Shown here piece after piece: positions 35,526 through 48,100 of a stretch of DNA of 64,000 bases. Below the pieces are notes generated by a model. The model was not told the origin of the DNA. It searched no databases and was given only the letters and a program-made list of their open reading frames with translations. This DNA is from Eutreptiella sp. 'Long Island Sound 2002' (taxonomy: Eukaryota > Protista > Euglenida). The DNA lies in contig OZ038379.1 of the NCBI GenBank assembly GCA_964036045.1, positions 10,788,001 through 10,852,000 on the forward strand, written 5' to 3'. The stretch's first letter is position 1. Each line of letters begins with the position of its first letter. Position numbers and translations under genes: made by a program.

Positions 35526-36129
35526 TGAAAGTGGGACAACCCAACAGCCACAATGGGAGGCAGGGAGCGACATGCTGCACCCCCGGCACCGCCACCCCCC
35601 CCCCCCCTCCCTCTACAAGGTACCCACGTACTCCACAAGGGCGGGGGCTGCGCCCCGCGCGCCGGGAGGTGCCCGCCACGGGAATGGCAACAGGGCCATG
35701 ACCAGCCAACCGCGCACGGGACAGTCCACGTCGTACGGAGATGTGAAACCCTCGTACGGGGGGGCAGGCGGGTGGGGCAGGAGTGCGTGTGCGAAAGGGG
35801 CACCAAAGGAGCGCCAACAGACAGGGGGAGGAGCAACACAGACACACAGAATGCGGGAGCCACACCAGGAGGGACAAAGGCGAGCACAGCAGACAAGGAG
35901 GAGGGGCGCAGCAAGGCAGGAGAGGCAACCAGAACAGCGGGAACAGGGAACCAGAATGGAGGGGATGGGAGAGCGTGCGCATGGGAGGCAGCGACAACAA
36001 AGGGGATGGCCTGGCCAGCCAGCCCCGGCGCTACTGGGTGCCAGGGCAACCCCTGCTCAACCGGCATCAGGTGGGCCGGCATCAGGTGGGGGTTGTCTCC
36101 CGCAGCCCAGATGGGCTGTTTGCACAACA

Positions 36130-36570
36130 GGAGCGGGAGCCCATCAGGGGCAGACCAGCCGTGAGGGGGAAAAGGACATATGGTGGACGGCTGGGACAGC
36201 GCGTGGAGGAACAGCGCACCTGGGCCTCACGCACACAGAACCACAGAGAGGCAGGCTATGGACGGCCTGTGGACAGAGGCGCGTGGACAGCAAAAACAGT
36301 CAAACGACCCCGGCAACAACCAGCACATCCTCAGTACACCAACTATTGGGCGCCGCTGACGCGCAAACGGCACACCATGCCACATCCAGCACAGCCCCAA
36401 CACACCAAATCCTGGGCTCCGCGAACGCGGAAACGACACCAGCAAGAGCACCGGCCGCAGCGGCCAACAGAAAGCAGCAACCGGATGCAACATGCGAATG
36501 GAAGAACGGGTGACTGTCCAGGGCCCCGTAAAGGAACAACAACCAGACGGAATGTCACACAGGGGGTGTA
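36130..36570. repeat. C/A-rich repeat-like segment with an internal ~66-bp tandem duplication
   Basis: CCAGCACA...CACCAA...TGGG..CCGC..ACGC..AAAC..CACC occurs twice between ~36319 and 36440. Confidence 0.45.
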
Positions 36571-37020
36571 GCTGCCACCCGAGGGGTGCGTGTCCGAGGG
36601 GGTCTGAAACATCGAATCCGGGGGTGGCATCACACAAGTCAAACCGGTGCATACCCCCCCGGGTACCACCGCAAGCACCACCGTTCCGTCGGACCATGTC
36701 TGGCAGGCAGGCAAACGGTGTGGAAGGAGCCTCCGGAACGCTTACCTTAGTTAGTCAAGCCCCCAAGCGCTTCACTCGAAGGGGCATAAGTGTGGCCCAT
36801 GGGCTTTGCGTCGTGTTGTTTGTCGTTTTTCCTCCAGGGTGCCGTCACTTGTTGGGGGGGGTGCGCCCCAGTTTTCCACGGTTTGCTACAAAGCCTGGCT
36901 GTCAGCTGCAATCAGGTGTTGGCGGGGGGGAAGGCATGAATGTATGTGCCACTGACGAGTTCTCTCTTCGTGGTGTGTACTGAGTGCTCAACCGACAGCA
37001 ATCCTTCGGGCGGCTCTGCA

Positions 37021-37212
37021 ACACCACACCACACCACACCACACCACACCACACCACACCACACCACACCACACCACACCACACCACACCACACCACACC
37101 ACACCACACCACACCACACCACACCACACCACACCACACCACACCACACCACACCACACCACACCACACCACACCACACCACACCACACCACACCACACC
37201 ACACCACACCAC
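37021..37212. repeat. (ACACC)n pentanucleotide microsatellite, ~38 copies
   Basis: Read directly from the sequence. Confidence 0.97.
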
Positions 37213-38066
37213 AGGACACCACACTGCACCGCATTGTGGCAGAAGGTGCCTAGGGTCCCTCGTAGCCGCCGACGACCCCTGCTCTCTGTCTCCTGTGCTG
37301 GTGCTTGCTCGCGCACTGCACTGCCTCAAACAGACCTCGTCGTGGAGTCATTCAGGGGGCCCGGAAGGCAGCAAATGTCTCCTGGTGCTAGTGTGTACAA
37401 GATGGCCTTTGGGTCTGCACTGCACAATGTGTTGGTGTTGTTGGTTGACCCAGTGTTGCTGATCGAGGTCCCTTGTGAGAGGCAGTGTTTGTTGGTGGAG
37501 CGAAGGGGGTTGGGGGTGTGATTTTGCGGGTGATAGTGGAATGTACATCGCCACCGCTGCTCACAGCTGCTCCACCCCCCCCCCCCCGTCGCGTGCACCC
37601 CCCCGCCAATACTCTCGCGACTATCTCGGCCGCAGTGCTGGTGCCATGACTCGTCGCAGTGGTCAGACCCGGGGGGGGGGGGGGGCTGGGTGTTGGACGG
37701 GCGAATTGGCCTTACTGAGACACCCCACCCATGAGGGGGGGCGCATTGGGGGCGGGTGGGCTTGGGCTGTGGCTGCGTCGCCCAGGTCTTTCCGCACCCG
37801 GTTTCTGTTTGTTTGCCGCAGACCATCCCTCCTCAAAGACTGTGCTCTTCCGGAAGGTCGGCAGTCATCCTCTCACCGCCGTCGGTTAGCCTCCTGCGGC
37901 TGTCAGTCACCTTCCAACCGCCAGGCTGAGTATTTACGGATGCCGAACTCTTTTCCGTTTGCTGTGCAACACCGCGGTGGCCCCCCGTGCGCGCCCATCT
38001 CCCCCCAACGCCCCTTCTCACACCCAGGCCACCGCAACGGCACCGAGGGGCAGCCCTTGCCACCGG

Positions 38067-38605
38067 ATGGAGTTTGCGGAGGTGAGTGTGGAGGTGGACG
38101 TGGACGACGATGAGCCGTGGACCCCCGAGCCCCACCCCCCGCAGGACCGCAGTGTGCCGGGCTTTCACAGCCCCATGGCCAACGGGCGCAGGGCCGACGC
38201 CGCAGCGTTCGATGCCAGGCAGCCCAAGCGGCCCCGCGGGGCCGACAAGGACGACGACGCGGACTACGTCATGTCCTCCCACTCCTCCTCCGACGAGGGG
38301 TACCCGCGGCTGCGGGTGCCGTCCGGCCGTCGGACGCGGGGGCGGCCCCGGAAGCGCAGGGCCTGCAACGGGGAGAGCTCGGGCTTCGCCGACACCGCGG
38401 CGCTGCCGGCGGAGCATTACGTGCTGTACAGCGACTGCACCGTCGTGGACGCGGCGGGGAACGAGTGCCCCTTCGTCGTCCGGCACGGGCAAGTGGTGGT
38501 GGGGACGGATCAGGTGTGGCGGCGCGAGGCGGTTACCCCCCCCCCCCTTGTGCGCAGGCACGGCCTTGTCTTAGCACGACGACCCGGTGTTGCTGTACCC
38601 TCTGG
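38067..38605 (+). CDS. HDAC gene first coding exon (acidic N-terminus, AT-hook, start of RFTS-like domain); may hide a 42-nt intron at 38516-38557 or extend upstream to the acceptor at 38027
   Basis: GC3-rich codons, the AT-hook motif [11 protein letters not shown], and [17 protein letters not shown]. Confidence 0.65.
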
Positions 38606-41600
38606 GACCAGGCTATTGCTTAGTGGGCAAAATACCCCCCCCCCCGGATGGGGGGGTGGGTGGGTGTAGAGATGGGTGGGTGGGTTAGCGCCAAAATTCA
38701 GCATTTTGGGCTACCAGCCCCCCCCCCCCCCCCGCCGGGGGTGCGGGTGCGCTTTTTGGGGGATTTGGGTTGTGCAGGGCTCTGAGACTGGTCTGAAATT
38801 TTCAGGCATTTTTCACATTTTTTTCCATACGATGTCAGACCTCGGAACCCTTTGTTGCACAGCTTGATTGGAACCGGCTGTTAGCTGAGTTGGTTGTGGA
38901 ACTGAGTGCAACTTTCAAGGTCCTGGGGTCCAACCCCAGTGGAAGCCACTTTTTACTCGTCAGTTTTGCTCTGTTGTTCCAGAGATTTTCACTACAGCCG
39001 ATGGGGGCTTCTCAATCAAGTGCTTGTACCCCCCTTGTATGTGACTGTGGATGGAGGGCATAGACGGGGGGGGGGGGGTAGGGTGGGTGGGTGGGTGGGT
39101 GGCTGAGCCCTGGCCGAGGCCCAAACTAACCCCCCCCCCCCCCCCCCAGGGTCACTAAGCAATAGCCTGTCTGGGACCGCCAATTTTGTGGTCCGGAAGG
39201 TGAAGCCACAAGACCGTGAGCCCTGTGCCTGGGAAGACACGCCGCCGACGGGTGGTGTAGCCTCTGTGATTGGATATGATGGGGTCGCCGAGGACACGGC
39301 CAAGGGCCCCCTTTGGGTAAAGTTAAAGAATCAAAAAAAAAATGGTTCGTTGGTGTTGAATGGCAAAAAGACCGAAGAGTAGCCTAGGCCTGCACCATCA
39401 AAGCTGCCGATCACTGTGAAGAAAAAAAAACGCACCTGCAGCCCCGGGAAGCCCCCCCCCCCCCCCCAAGCCCAATAGATAAAAGGAATGTGCAGCGGAG
39501 ACCCCTTTCTTCACACAGGCTTCCGGCTGTAGTCCCCAGTGGGATCCACCAGAACTGTCCATTGTCTCCACACCCTCGAACTGTTGCAGCATGACTGATG
39601 CTCGTGCCCCCCCCTCCCTCCACCCTGGACCCCCCCGGTCTGAGATCCCCGGCAGGGGCCTGCAGGGCAGTCCATGAGGTGTCACACGCATGAACAGCAA
39701 ACATGGTCTACAGCCTCGTGTGGACTTGGCCTACTGGATGTCAGCCTTCAGTGCACAACTGCCACCAGTGAACTCGGGGGCTCCACTCCAGTGGCCAGGA
39801 GCATTGCGGCGACACGCAAGGAGGGGGCTTGGCAATGGCGCTTTGCGCAGCACTGGGGGGTCGTGGTTGATGCTCGTCGAGGTGTGCCACGTTTTCAAAG
39901 TGGGACTTGCCATGCCACGCCACGCCGTTTCATGAGCCAACACTGGCCAATCGGGTCTTTGCCGCCATGGCCGTGATAACACATGCGTCACTGGGTAGGT
40001 ACAGCGTCCCAAATTCATCATCGCCTCCCTTTGGGGGCCCGATTCCTTTTTTGCCTTTGAGCCCCCACGACAGGACAGCAGGAGACCACTCACCAGCGTG
40101 CTTTCGCCCCCCCCCCCCCTTTCCTGGCTGAACCTCCTGGGCACGGAACCACGGGGAACTGCCTGGCGTATGGCGCAGGGGCACACTCCCCAGGCGACAC
40201 CGAAGGCAAACGGCCTGGAAATGTAGCGCACCCTCGTGTATGACACTTCGTGACTCGCAACCCTCTGGCCCTGTGTCTTGGGGGGGGGGCACTTGACGCG
40301 ATGCATCTGGGGGCACCGCCGCCACCAAGCAACACCTCCGGCAAATGTCGAGGGGCAGCACGGACTTGATGGCCACATAAACATGCAAATCCAGCTCCAG
40401 ATTGCGGGGAGGCAGGGAATGTACATCCAGAAGTCTCCACCAAAGATATGTTCTTCATGGGTGGCCCTGGCACCAGCCCGTACCATCCCTCAAGGGGGGC
40501 CAAAAAGCCTTTAAACCCTCACCCCTCCCCACCTTGTATTGTGACCCCCAACCCCCCTCCCCCTGTTCCCAGGGTGGCGGATCCATTCTTCAAAGCTTTA
40601 GAATCCATCTTGGTCACATTTCCTCGGATTGGGGCTCAAGCCACGTGGCAACCAGGAATTCAACATATCGGTGAGCCAAGCCCTACCTCAAAATCGCATT
40701 GAAAGCCGGTTTTATGCCACTTCAAAGAGACAACATACCCCTACCTCCGCGACGATGCTGAAGCTGAAAATGCGGTTCGTGGATGGAGCACCCTCCCCCC
40801 AAGAAACGGTAGCGCCCAGTGTGGAAAAGAATCTCTCGGTAATGCCCAGAACACTGATTTGGTGGTCTCGCCCTTGGCCCATGACCAGTGACAGTTGGTG
40901 ACTGACAGGAGCGCAGCTGGTTGAGCCACGGCGGTTGGCAGAGAACCGACGGCCGTCGGTGCTTAACCGTCAAACTTCAGCCGTTTCCTGCCAACAATTG
41001 GGGGCGGTCTTGAAAGGCTGTCCTGAGTTGCTGATTGCCGATCTGAATTTTGTTGGAGGGGGAGGGGAGTCCACTGGTGTTGAAGGGCCCTCATGCCCCA
41101 TTGCGCCTTGTATCCCGCCCCGCGCATCGCAGTACGGCAACGGAGAGGGGCACGACGTGGACATTGTCTACTGCCGGAGGCCATTCGGGGGCTACGAGGT
41201 GGCCAAGCTGCCGATGCCGAAGATGTGGCCGCGTCGCTTCCGAGTGCAGGCGGGCCCTCGACACCCCCCAGGTGTGCGGGGCTGTGCAGGGAGGTCTGTC
41301 TGGGCGCTCCGCACTCGGGCTCCGGGGTCCACAGCCGAGTACAGAGGGGCCGGGAATCGGCTGGCCTATGGCAAAGGGTGTACGCTCTACGAGCGACACC
41401 ACGGGCGAAATGCCCGGAAATGCACCGCTGGTGTCTCCCACTTGATGACCCGGAATCCCCCGGCCCCTGTGCTCTCATAAGTGGGGGGGGGGTATTTAGC
41501 CTTCAACAGCCCAGCCCGCCCCAAAGGCCTGTGGGTCATTGCCACCAACTGCTGCACAACACGCCTTCTGAGGGTGTGGTATGGTACGCCTGAACGTCGA

Positions 41601-44600
41601 CGGGGCTTCAACATGAGTTGTGCCCCAAGGGCTGTAGGTCGAGCAGTGGAGGTATTGGTGGCGTAGCGCCCAGCCCCCCCCGTATCAGGGCCACTTCCTG
41701 GGCGAACGGCGCCAGAGGGGGTCGGAGTGCCGTAAAGGCCGAGGAAGTGCAGGTGTAGCCCTGCGGACGTCGTCTCCCTGACCTCGGCCGCGCTTGCACA
41801 AACCGTCAGTGGGGCAATGGGGGGGAAGACGGGTCGCTGCAACGGGTTTTGTTCTGAACCAGCGCCCGGTCGCGCACCCGTCCTGTGTCCCTCGACAGGG
41901 CAGCCCTTCTGCACCGGACTGACGTACGACGACAAGATGCTGCTGCTGGGCACCAGCGGCTTCGACCAGCCGAACCGCATCCGGGCCATCTGGGACATGC
42001 TCCACGCCACGGGCCTTGTGGCCAAGTGTCGCGTGTACAAGCCGCGCCCCATCACCGACGACGTTCTGGAGCTGGTGCACAGCAAAGGGCACATCCACAG
42101 AGTCGAGAATGGTGTGCCAGCTGCAGCGACCCCCTGGGCCCTGGCACTGGGGTGGGCAATAGCAGTAGGCGTGGCCTGGGCTTTGGGGGGGGAGGGGTAA
42201 AGGCTGAGTGACTATGCCGGTCGCTATGTCCGGGCGCACATACTTGCACCTCCACGCGTCGGTGGGTGGGTGGGCTGTCCCCCCACTGGGGTGGGGGTGA
42301 TGGGGGCGGGTTCAAAAATTGGTGGGGGGGGGGGCTGGGGAGGCGTTCATAATACACCGCGACGATGTCCCCATTGTGTAACCCCCCTCCCCCCTCCGCC
42401 GCCGGCATCATCTTTTTTGGGGCGGGCGCCTGGTATTTTGCCTCCCCAAAGGGCACATATCTCGGTTTTCGACTGAGGGGGGGGGTCATTGGAAGGTTTT
42501 CTATTTTCTCTTTTTTGGGGGGGTGCAGTTGTTTGGGGGAGAGCGGGGGGCGGTCATCGTTGGTTGTGCTGGCGGCTCGTTGGTGTGCCTGCTGTTGGCA
42601 CCGTGACCCCCCCCAACCCCATTCTGTGGTGCGCAACAACCCGCAGCACGCGATACCAGTGCGGCGCATGACACTACCAAAGGTTGGGCCGCCCGATTCT
42701 GAAACGCGTACCATGTACGTCCCAACCCAAAGCCCCGCGCCCCGCCGAACACGCTCACACGGGGGAGATTGCAGATGATCCGCCTCCAGTCAAGAACCAC
42801 TGCTCCGCCTGCCACCCCCAAACCCACACACCGCCCGGAGGTCCGCCTCCACAAAACATAACCGAGTGCACTAAAGCGGTAGTACCTACCAACTGGCAAA
42901 CTTAATCCACCCTAACCCCCCCCCCCCCCGCCTGTAGTAGCACGACTTGTCTGGCGACGCTGTCTGACCGCAGTTTTGTGGTCAAGAACGTGAGATGACC
43001 GTGGGCCGGTTGAAGTGGGAAAGGGGGGCCGGGTCATGTGCGTGAACAGTAGTTCCTGCTCACCACAGCCTTGCGTCTTAAGACTGTCCTTGTGGTTAGG
43101 GTGCAGTTTCTGAGTGAACCACAATTCTCACTCGCCAACTGGCAAAGCAAACACGGTATTTGACCTTTTGAGGTTCCTAATTTGCCTATTGTGCCTGTTG
43201 CCCCTATCCCGAGTTCTGTGTTAAACGCCGCATGGTGCGGCATCTGATTGCACCATCACATCGCAGTAACAATGGAAGTAGTTGGAACGACACCGTCAAA
43301 ACCAATGACAAGAACATACCAAGAAAAGGAACAGCATTTTCTGGGGCCCTGAGACCGGACTGTTCAGCAAGGTTTCATTCCAACGCCCTACACAGTGTGC
43401 ACGTGCACGGCCTCTCCCTACGGTCAGTGGTTCACCCCCCCCCCCCCAAAGCTGACTGAGTGCCAAGCATTGCCAGCATCGGCATGGCAGAGACACCAAG
43501 AAGCAGAGGCAGCACGTGTAAGCAGAGGGATAACTGTCCCACCAAAAACGCTCTTCCCCAGTGGCCTGGGACAGGTGGTGCAAACGATTTCCTCCTGAAA
43601 ACCAGTGCGTACGACGGGATACACCACCCGGCACGTCTCTTCAGCCCGCGATTTGAGCGGTTTGAGCTGTAACCCCAATACCTCAGTGCTGCATGGCCGA
43701 AGGTGTGGCATTGTATCTGAGATGAGGACGTCGACCACTTGCCCTCTCAGTGCCATGCCTCTGTATCCTTCTCCGCAGGTGCATACCACAACCCACCAGA
43801 CTTGTGTGTGTCAGAGCACACGCCAGGCTGCGCACGCATCGCTGCCATCGCTGCTGGAAGCGTGGTAGAGATCACCAATGCGGTGTTGGCGGGGGAGGTG
43901 CTGCGCCCTCCACAGTCCTTGCCCCCCCGCCTTCAACCGTCTTACACCTCTCGGCACCCTCCTGCCCGCTGCACCCCCTCTGCACTTCTCTACAACCCTC
44001 TGCATTTCCCCAGCTCAACAGGTGCACATAGAAGGCCCCAGTCCGGTCGCAGTCCTGCCACCAGACACACCCATATCAATAGTATCAGTGAAGTTCAAAA
44101 GGTCGTCACAAACGATATGCCCCCAGTATAACGGCTCGATTGACCCTCAAGGCAATCGTGCGTTGCAAAACCGAAATAGGTTGCACGGTCTCGCCTGAGG
44201 ACAGCCGCCTGCTGAACGCTGAACATAAGGTGAGGCGCCCAGGAAAAGTGCTGGGGGGATGCAGGGCGCGGTTCCTCCGCCTTGGCCAGCCCCCTGCCCT
44301 CCTGGCCACCCCCTACAGCCGCGGTGAACTCGTCAAGACCCAGCACTTTCGAGGCCTGACACAGCGCGCCCGGGGGGGGGGGGGGGCCTCCCACTGCGCG
44401 AGGCCGGTCCGCCGCACTTTTGCGGGCCCTTCCATTTGCAGCAGTCCAATGCCCAAATCGTGACCCAGCTCCAACTGGGACCCGAGGCCACGCTTGGAGT
44501 AGGTTTTGCAGCCGCCCACCACATGTGGACATGATGTGCTCTGGGCCGGCCATGATGATTGCGATTGTGCTGCTCCTGGGGCATGGGGGGGTGGGGGTGA

Positions 44601-45132
44601 TTCCCCCCCTCCACAGGGCGTGCGGACCCTCTGAGGACTGACTGCCTGGCCCATGGCGCACTGTGCTGCTACGGTACACCACCGCGGGTCCAAAACAACG
44701 AATGCGATATACAATTTGACATGTATGCAACTCCTTCACAAGGATTTCCCCCCCAACAGAGTGGCAATAGAGGCCCCACTCCCCCCTACCAGGGCCGACT
44801 CGGAGGGAGGGGGGGGGGGGGGGGGGGCTGCAACTCCCCCCCCCCCCCGAGTTTTGAAAGATAGCGGTGCCGGGGCCATGGCGCCAACGGCACCAAATTT
44901 TTTGTCCCGTGCTTAGTTGAGGGGGGTACTATGCCTTTGGTCCTTAAGACCCTTAAGACTTTCTTCCTGGCAAAGACGAGAAATTGCTATTATTGCATAC
45001 ATACCTCCATACTCCCATGTCCCCAAACACACACACCCCCTTGAGGTATGCATGTGGTAGTAGTAGGTCGCGCGCCCCCCCCCCCCCCTCTTGGGACCCC
45101 CCCCCTCCCGCCGACCCCCCCCCCCCGCCCCA

Positions 45133-45191
<59 letters not shown>

Positions 45192-48100
45192 GTTTTGACA
45201 GATAGCTGGGGCGTGGGTCGCATCAGGACCGATTGTAGTTGCCCCCCCGTGGCAACTGCACGGGGGGAAATTCTGCGGGGGAGAGGGGCGACCCTGCGCC
45301 GCGCGGACCTTGACCCTGTGGAGATCCTGCAGCGCTGTCCTGGAAAGGAGATCAGCCGTTCTTCGAGCTGCATTCTCTCCGCACAGCAGCTGTTCCTTCT
45401 CCTCCACAACACTGAGACCGGCACTCGGCGTGATCGCCGTTGGGCTTCACAAATATGAGGGCAGGGGCAAGGGCGGAGGCGGCGGGGGCGGTGGCGAGGG
45501 CGGGGGCCATGACGCATACCCCCTTAATTCTGTTGCAGTTACGGAATGGCTTTGCAGTCGTCCGCCCCCCGGGCCATCACGCGTGGCGCACCCGGACACG
45601 GGGCTTCTGCTATTTCAACAACGTGGCAGTGGCCGCTCGGGTATGTGCGCGCAAAGGGGCGTTGGTGGGTGTCCGGGGCTGGCCAGGGCCCAGGGATGGT
45701 GCGCCGCAGCAGAGAAGTGTGTGGGGCGCGTGCAGTACTGCTCGGAGGGGTCCTCTGTCCCAAGGCTCGGGGCATCTCAGAGACCACCAGTTCGCCGTCT
45801 ATGGCCTGTGGACTAAGCGCTTGTTGGCCCTTCTTAGGTTGCCCTCCCGGAAGCAGGTCGGTGTGCAGTTTGTGGCTCATTTTCCTGCTGCGCAGGGGGA
45901 GGCGCAGACGCTGACGAACGAAGAGAAGTTGGATTTTCGCTTAAGCGCAGGGGGTCATGGGAGACCCCCAAAATTTGAGCGGGGGGGGGGGGGGGGGGCT
46001 GTCTTGGAAAAGGGCTCCAATGACAGGGACCATTCACCCTTGGCGCCAAGGGTGCCAAACGGAAAATTTTGTCAATGTTGGTCTATGTAAAGAGGGTGAT
46101 GCATGCAGAGGGTGTTGCTAGAATGATACACTGTATGGTTCTCACCCTGGTATATGCATTGAACAGCAGGTATGTTGGTTACCCAAGTAGCCTTAGGGAT
46201 AGGAAATTGCACTTTTTGTTGGTGGACCTCAGGGGAGGGGCAGGCAATTCCCATTTTTCTCCATTTGGAAACAAAAAAGAATGGTGGGCATCTTTTGCAG
46301 CCCAGTCTCACAGGGAAGTGACAGCGAGCAGGTGGAATCAGGTACGCGTATCACCACCACAGGACAGGCCAGCCTGGGGAGGCCCTGAGACTGGGAGCTC
46401 GACCTCAAACAGGGAGGGGCAAATGGGGGAAATGGGTAGTTGTTTGCGCTCTCTTTGGGAAGATGGAACCGTGTTGCCCCACAAACACCAAAATTACAGT
46501 CTGTGTTGCCCCCCCCCCCCCCCCCTCTCTTGATTGCACACGTATTGAATAACTAGGTCCGACCAGCATGCCCTTTTTTTTTATAAAATGCAATGTCATG
46601 CGGTCTCACACACCACATGTTTAACATCGTGCCTGAGGAAACACTGTTGCACAAGACATGGCTTCTGCCCCTGTCCCAACTCCCAAACCCCAAACCAGAG
46701 AGATAACAAGGCAGTTTTTGCATATTGTTCTCAACCTAGGCCCTCCCCGCCACAGCCCGCCCAAGTTCCTCCTGCCCAGCCCACTCTCCAAGCGTTGGTG
46801 CACCATTGCCCCACCTCCCTACTGCATTTCCGTCGGGTGCAACAAAAACATTTTCCCATTCCGCCCTTTTGTGCCACCTAGTGTCGTGCAGGGGGGACAT
46901 TCTCATCCTTGAAGTGGGTCCATGATGAACGGCAGCAAGACATGAAGGAAGCACCGCACCAAGCTGCATGTCTTGTGCATTTCAATGGACTGGTGGAGTG
47001 AACTTGACGCATTCTATTTTGCTTTGTGTTTTTTTGTTTGAGGGTCACGCACTACATGGGTTTTCACGGCAGCAGGATCAGGACAACAACCTCAGCACAA
47101 CCCTGAAGCTCAGAACAGCACCTGGTTTTTTGGCCCGAATGGAGTCACAACGGCAAAACATTCTTCGAAGAACATTCTTTGGTTTTGGTGTCCCCCGGTT
47201 TTCACCATGTTCACGTTGGGCTGCCTAGGTTTCCCCCACCCCCCCCCCCCCCCCAGTTCCCCCCACTTTTTCTAGGGCCCGGCACTTTAAGGGGCCAACC
47301 CAGCCAGGCGCTTCTGAGGCCTGTTCTAGCCCTTTTGGGGGGGAGGAGTGTCCAGGCAGCGGGCTCCAATGATCCCCCCCCCCCAAAAGTGAAAGTCCGA
47401 GCACCCGAAGCAGAATCAGGATATTTGCAACGGATTAGTTTGGGACCATTGGTGCGTTGTTCCGCTCCACTTCGAGGGAATGATGGGATGGGATGTGTCG
47501 GATCGTCTTGGGCATCGGCCCCGTGGTTCACCGCTGGCCAATGGAAAATGAAAGCACATCCAACGACGGGACCGCAAGCACCGGAACGGGCCACGTGACG
47601 GACTTGAACACACTCCACAAGAGGCGGTTCAGACTGCCACAGAGGCAGAGGCGGAACAGCACCCAGCCAAGAGGCAGAACAAGCACCATACTCAGGCGGG
47701 CCCAGCACCCCATCCGTTGTGGTGGAGGGCCATGGTCCTGGGAGTTGATGTAGGGCTGCTGAGGCGGTGGGTGACAGGGCCAAAGTCTGCTCTGGTGCTG
47801 GCATCCCTAGACCTTCCGCTGCACCTCCGTGCGCTTGTTGACAGGCAGCCCTGCAGCACCCGGCCATCCAGCGGGTGCTCATCCTGGACTGGGACGTCCA
47901 CCACGGCGATGGGACGCAGGACATCTTCTACGACGACCCCAATGTGGTGTACTTCTCCATCCACCGGGGCTCCTACTTCCCGCTGGTGGACAATCTCGAC
48001 CTGGGGTCTCATGAACGCATCGGCGGATTCCGTGATTATGAGGTCTGTGCATGGCCCTTCAACAACAAGAAGGACCCCCCTTCTTGTCTCATATATCGCC

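Noticed and set aside
36902-37329. HHTTP / CGVVW repeat proteins
   Set aside because: They are translations of the (ACACC)n microsatellite.
38575-39199. Alternative frame [11 protein letters not shown]...SGR for the HDAC exon around the MITE
   Set aside because: It ends in phase 2 or a stop and does not connect to the phase-0 exon at 41133, whereas the chosen frame does.
40180-40460. HIFGGDF as a LINE endonuclease GDFN motif
   Set aside because: It is a single partial motif with no other APE-domain residues recognisable.
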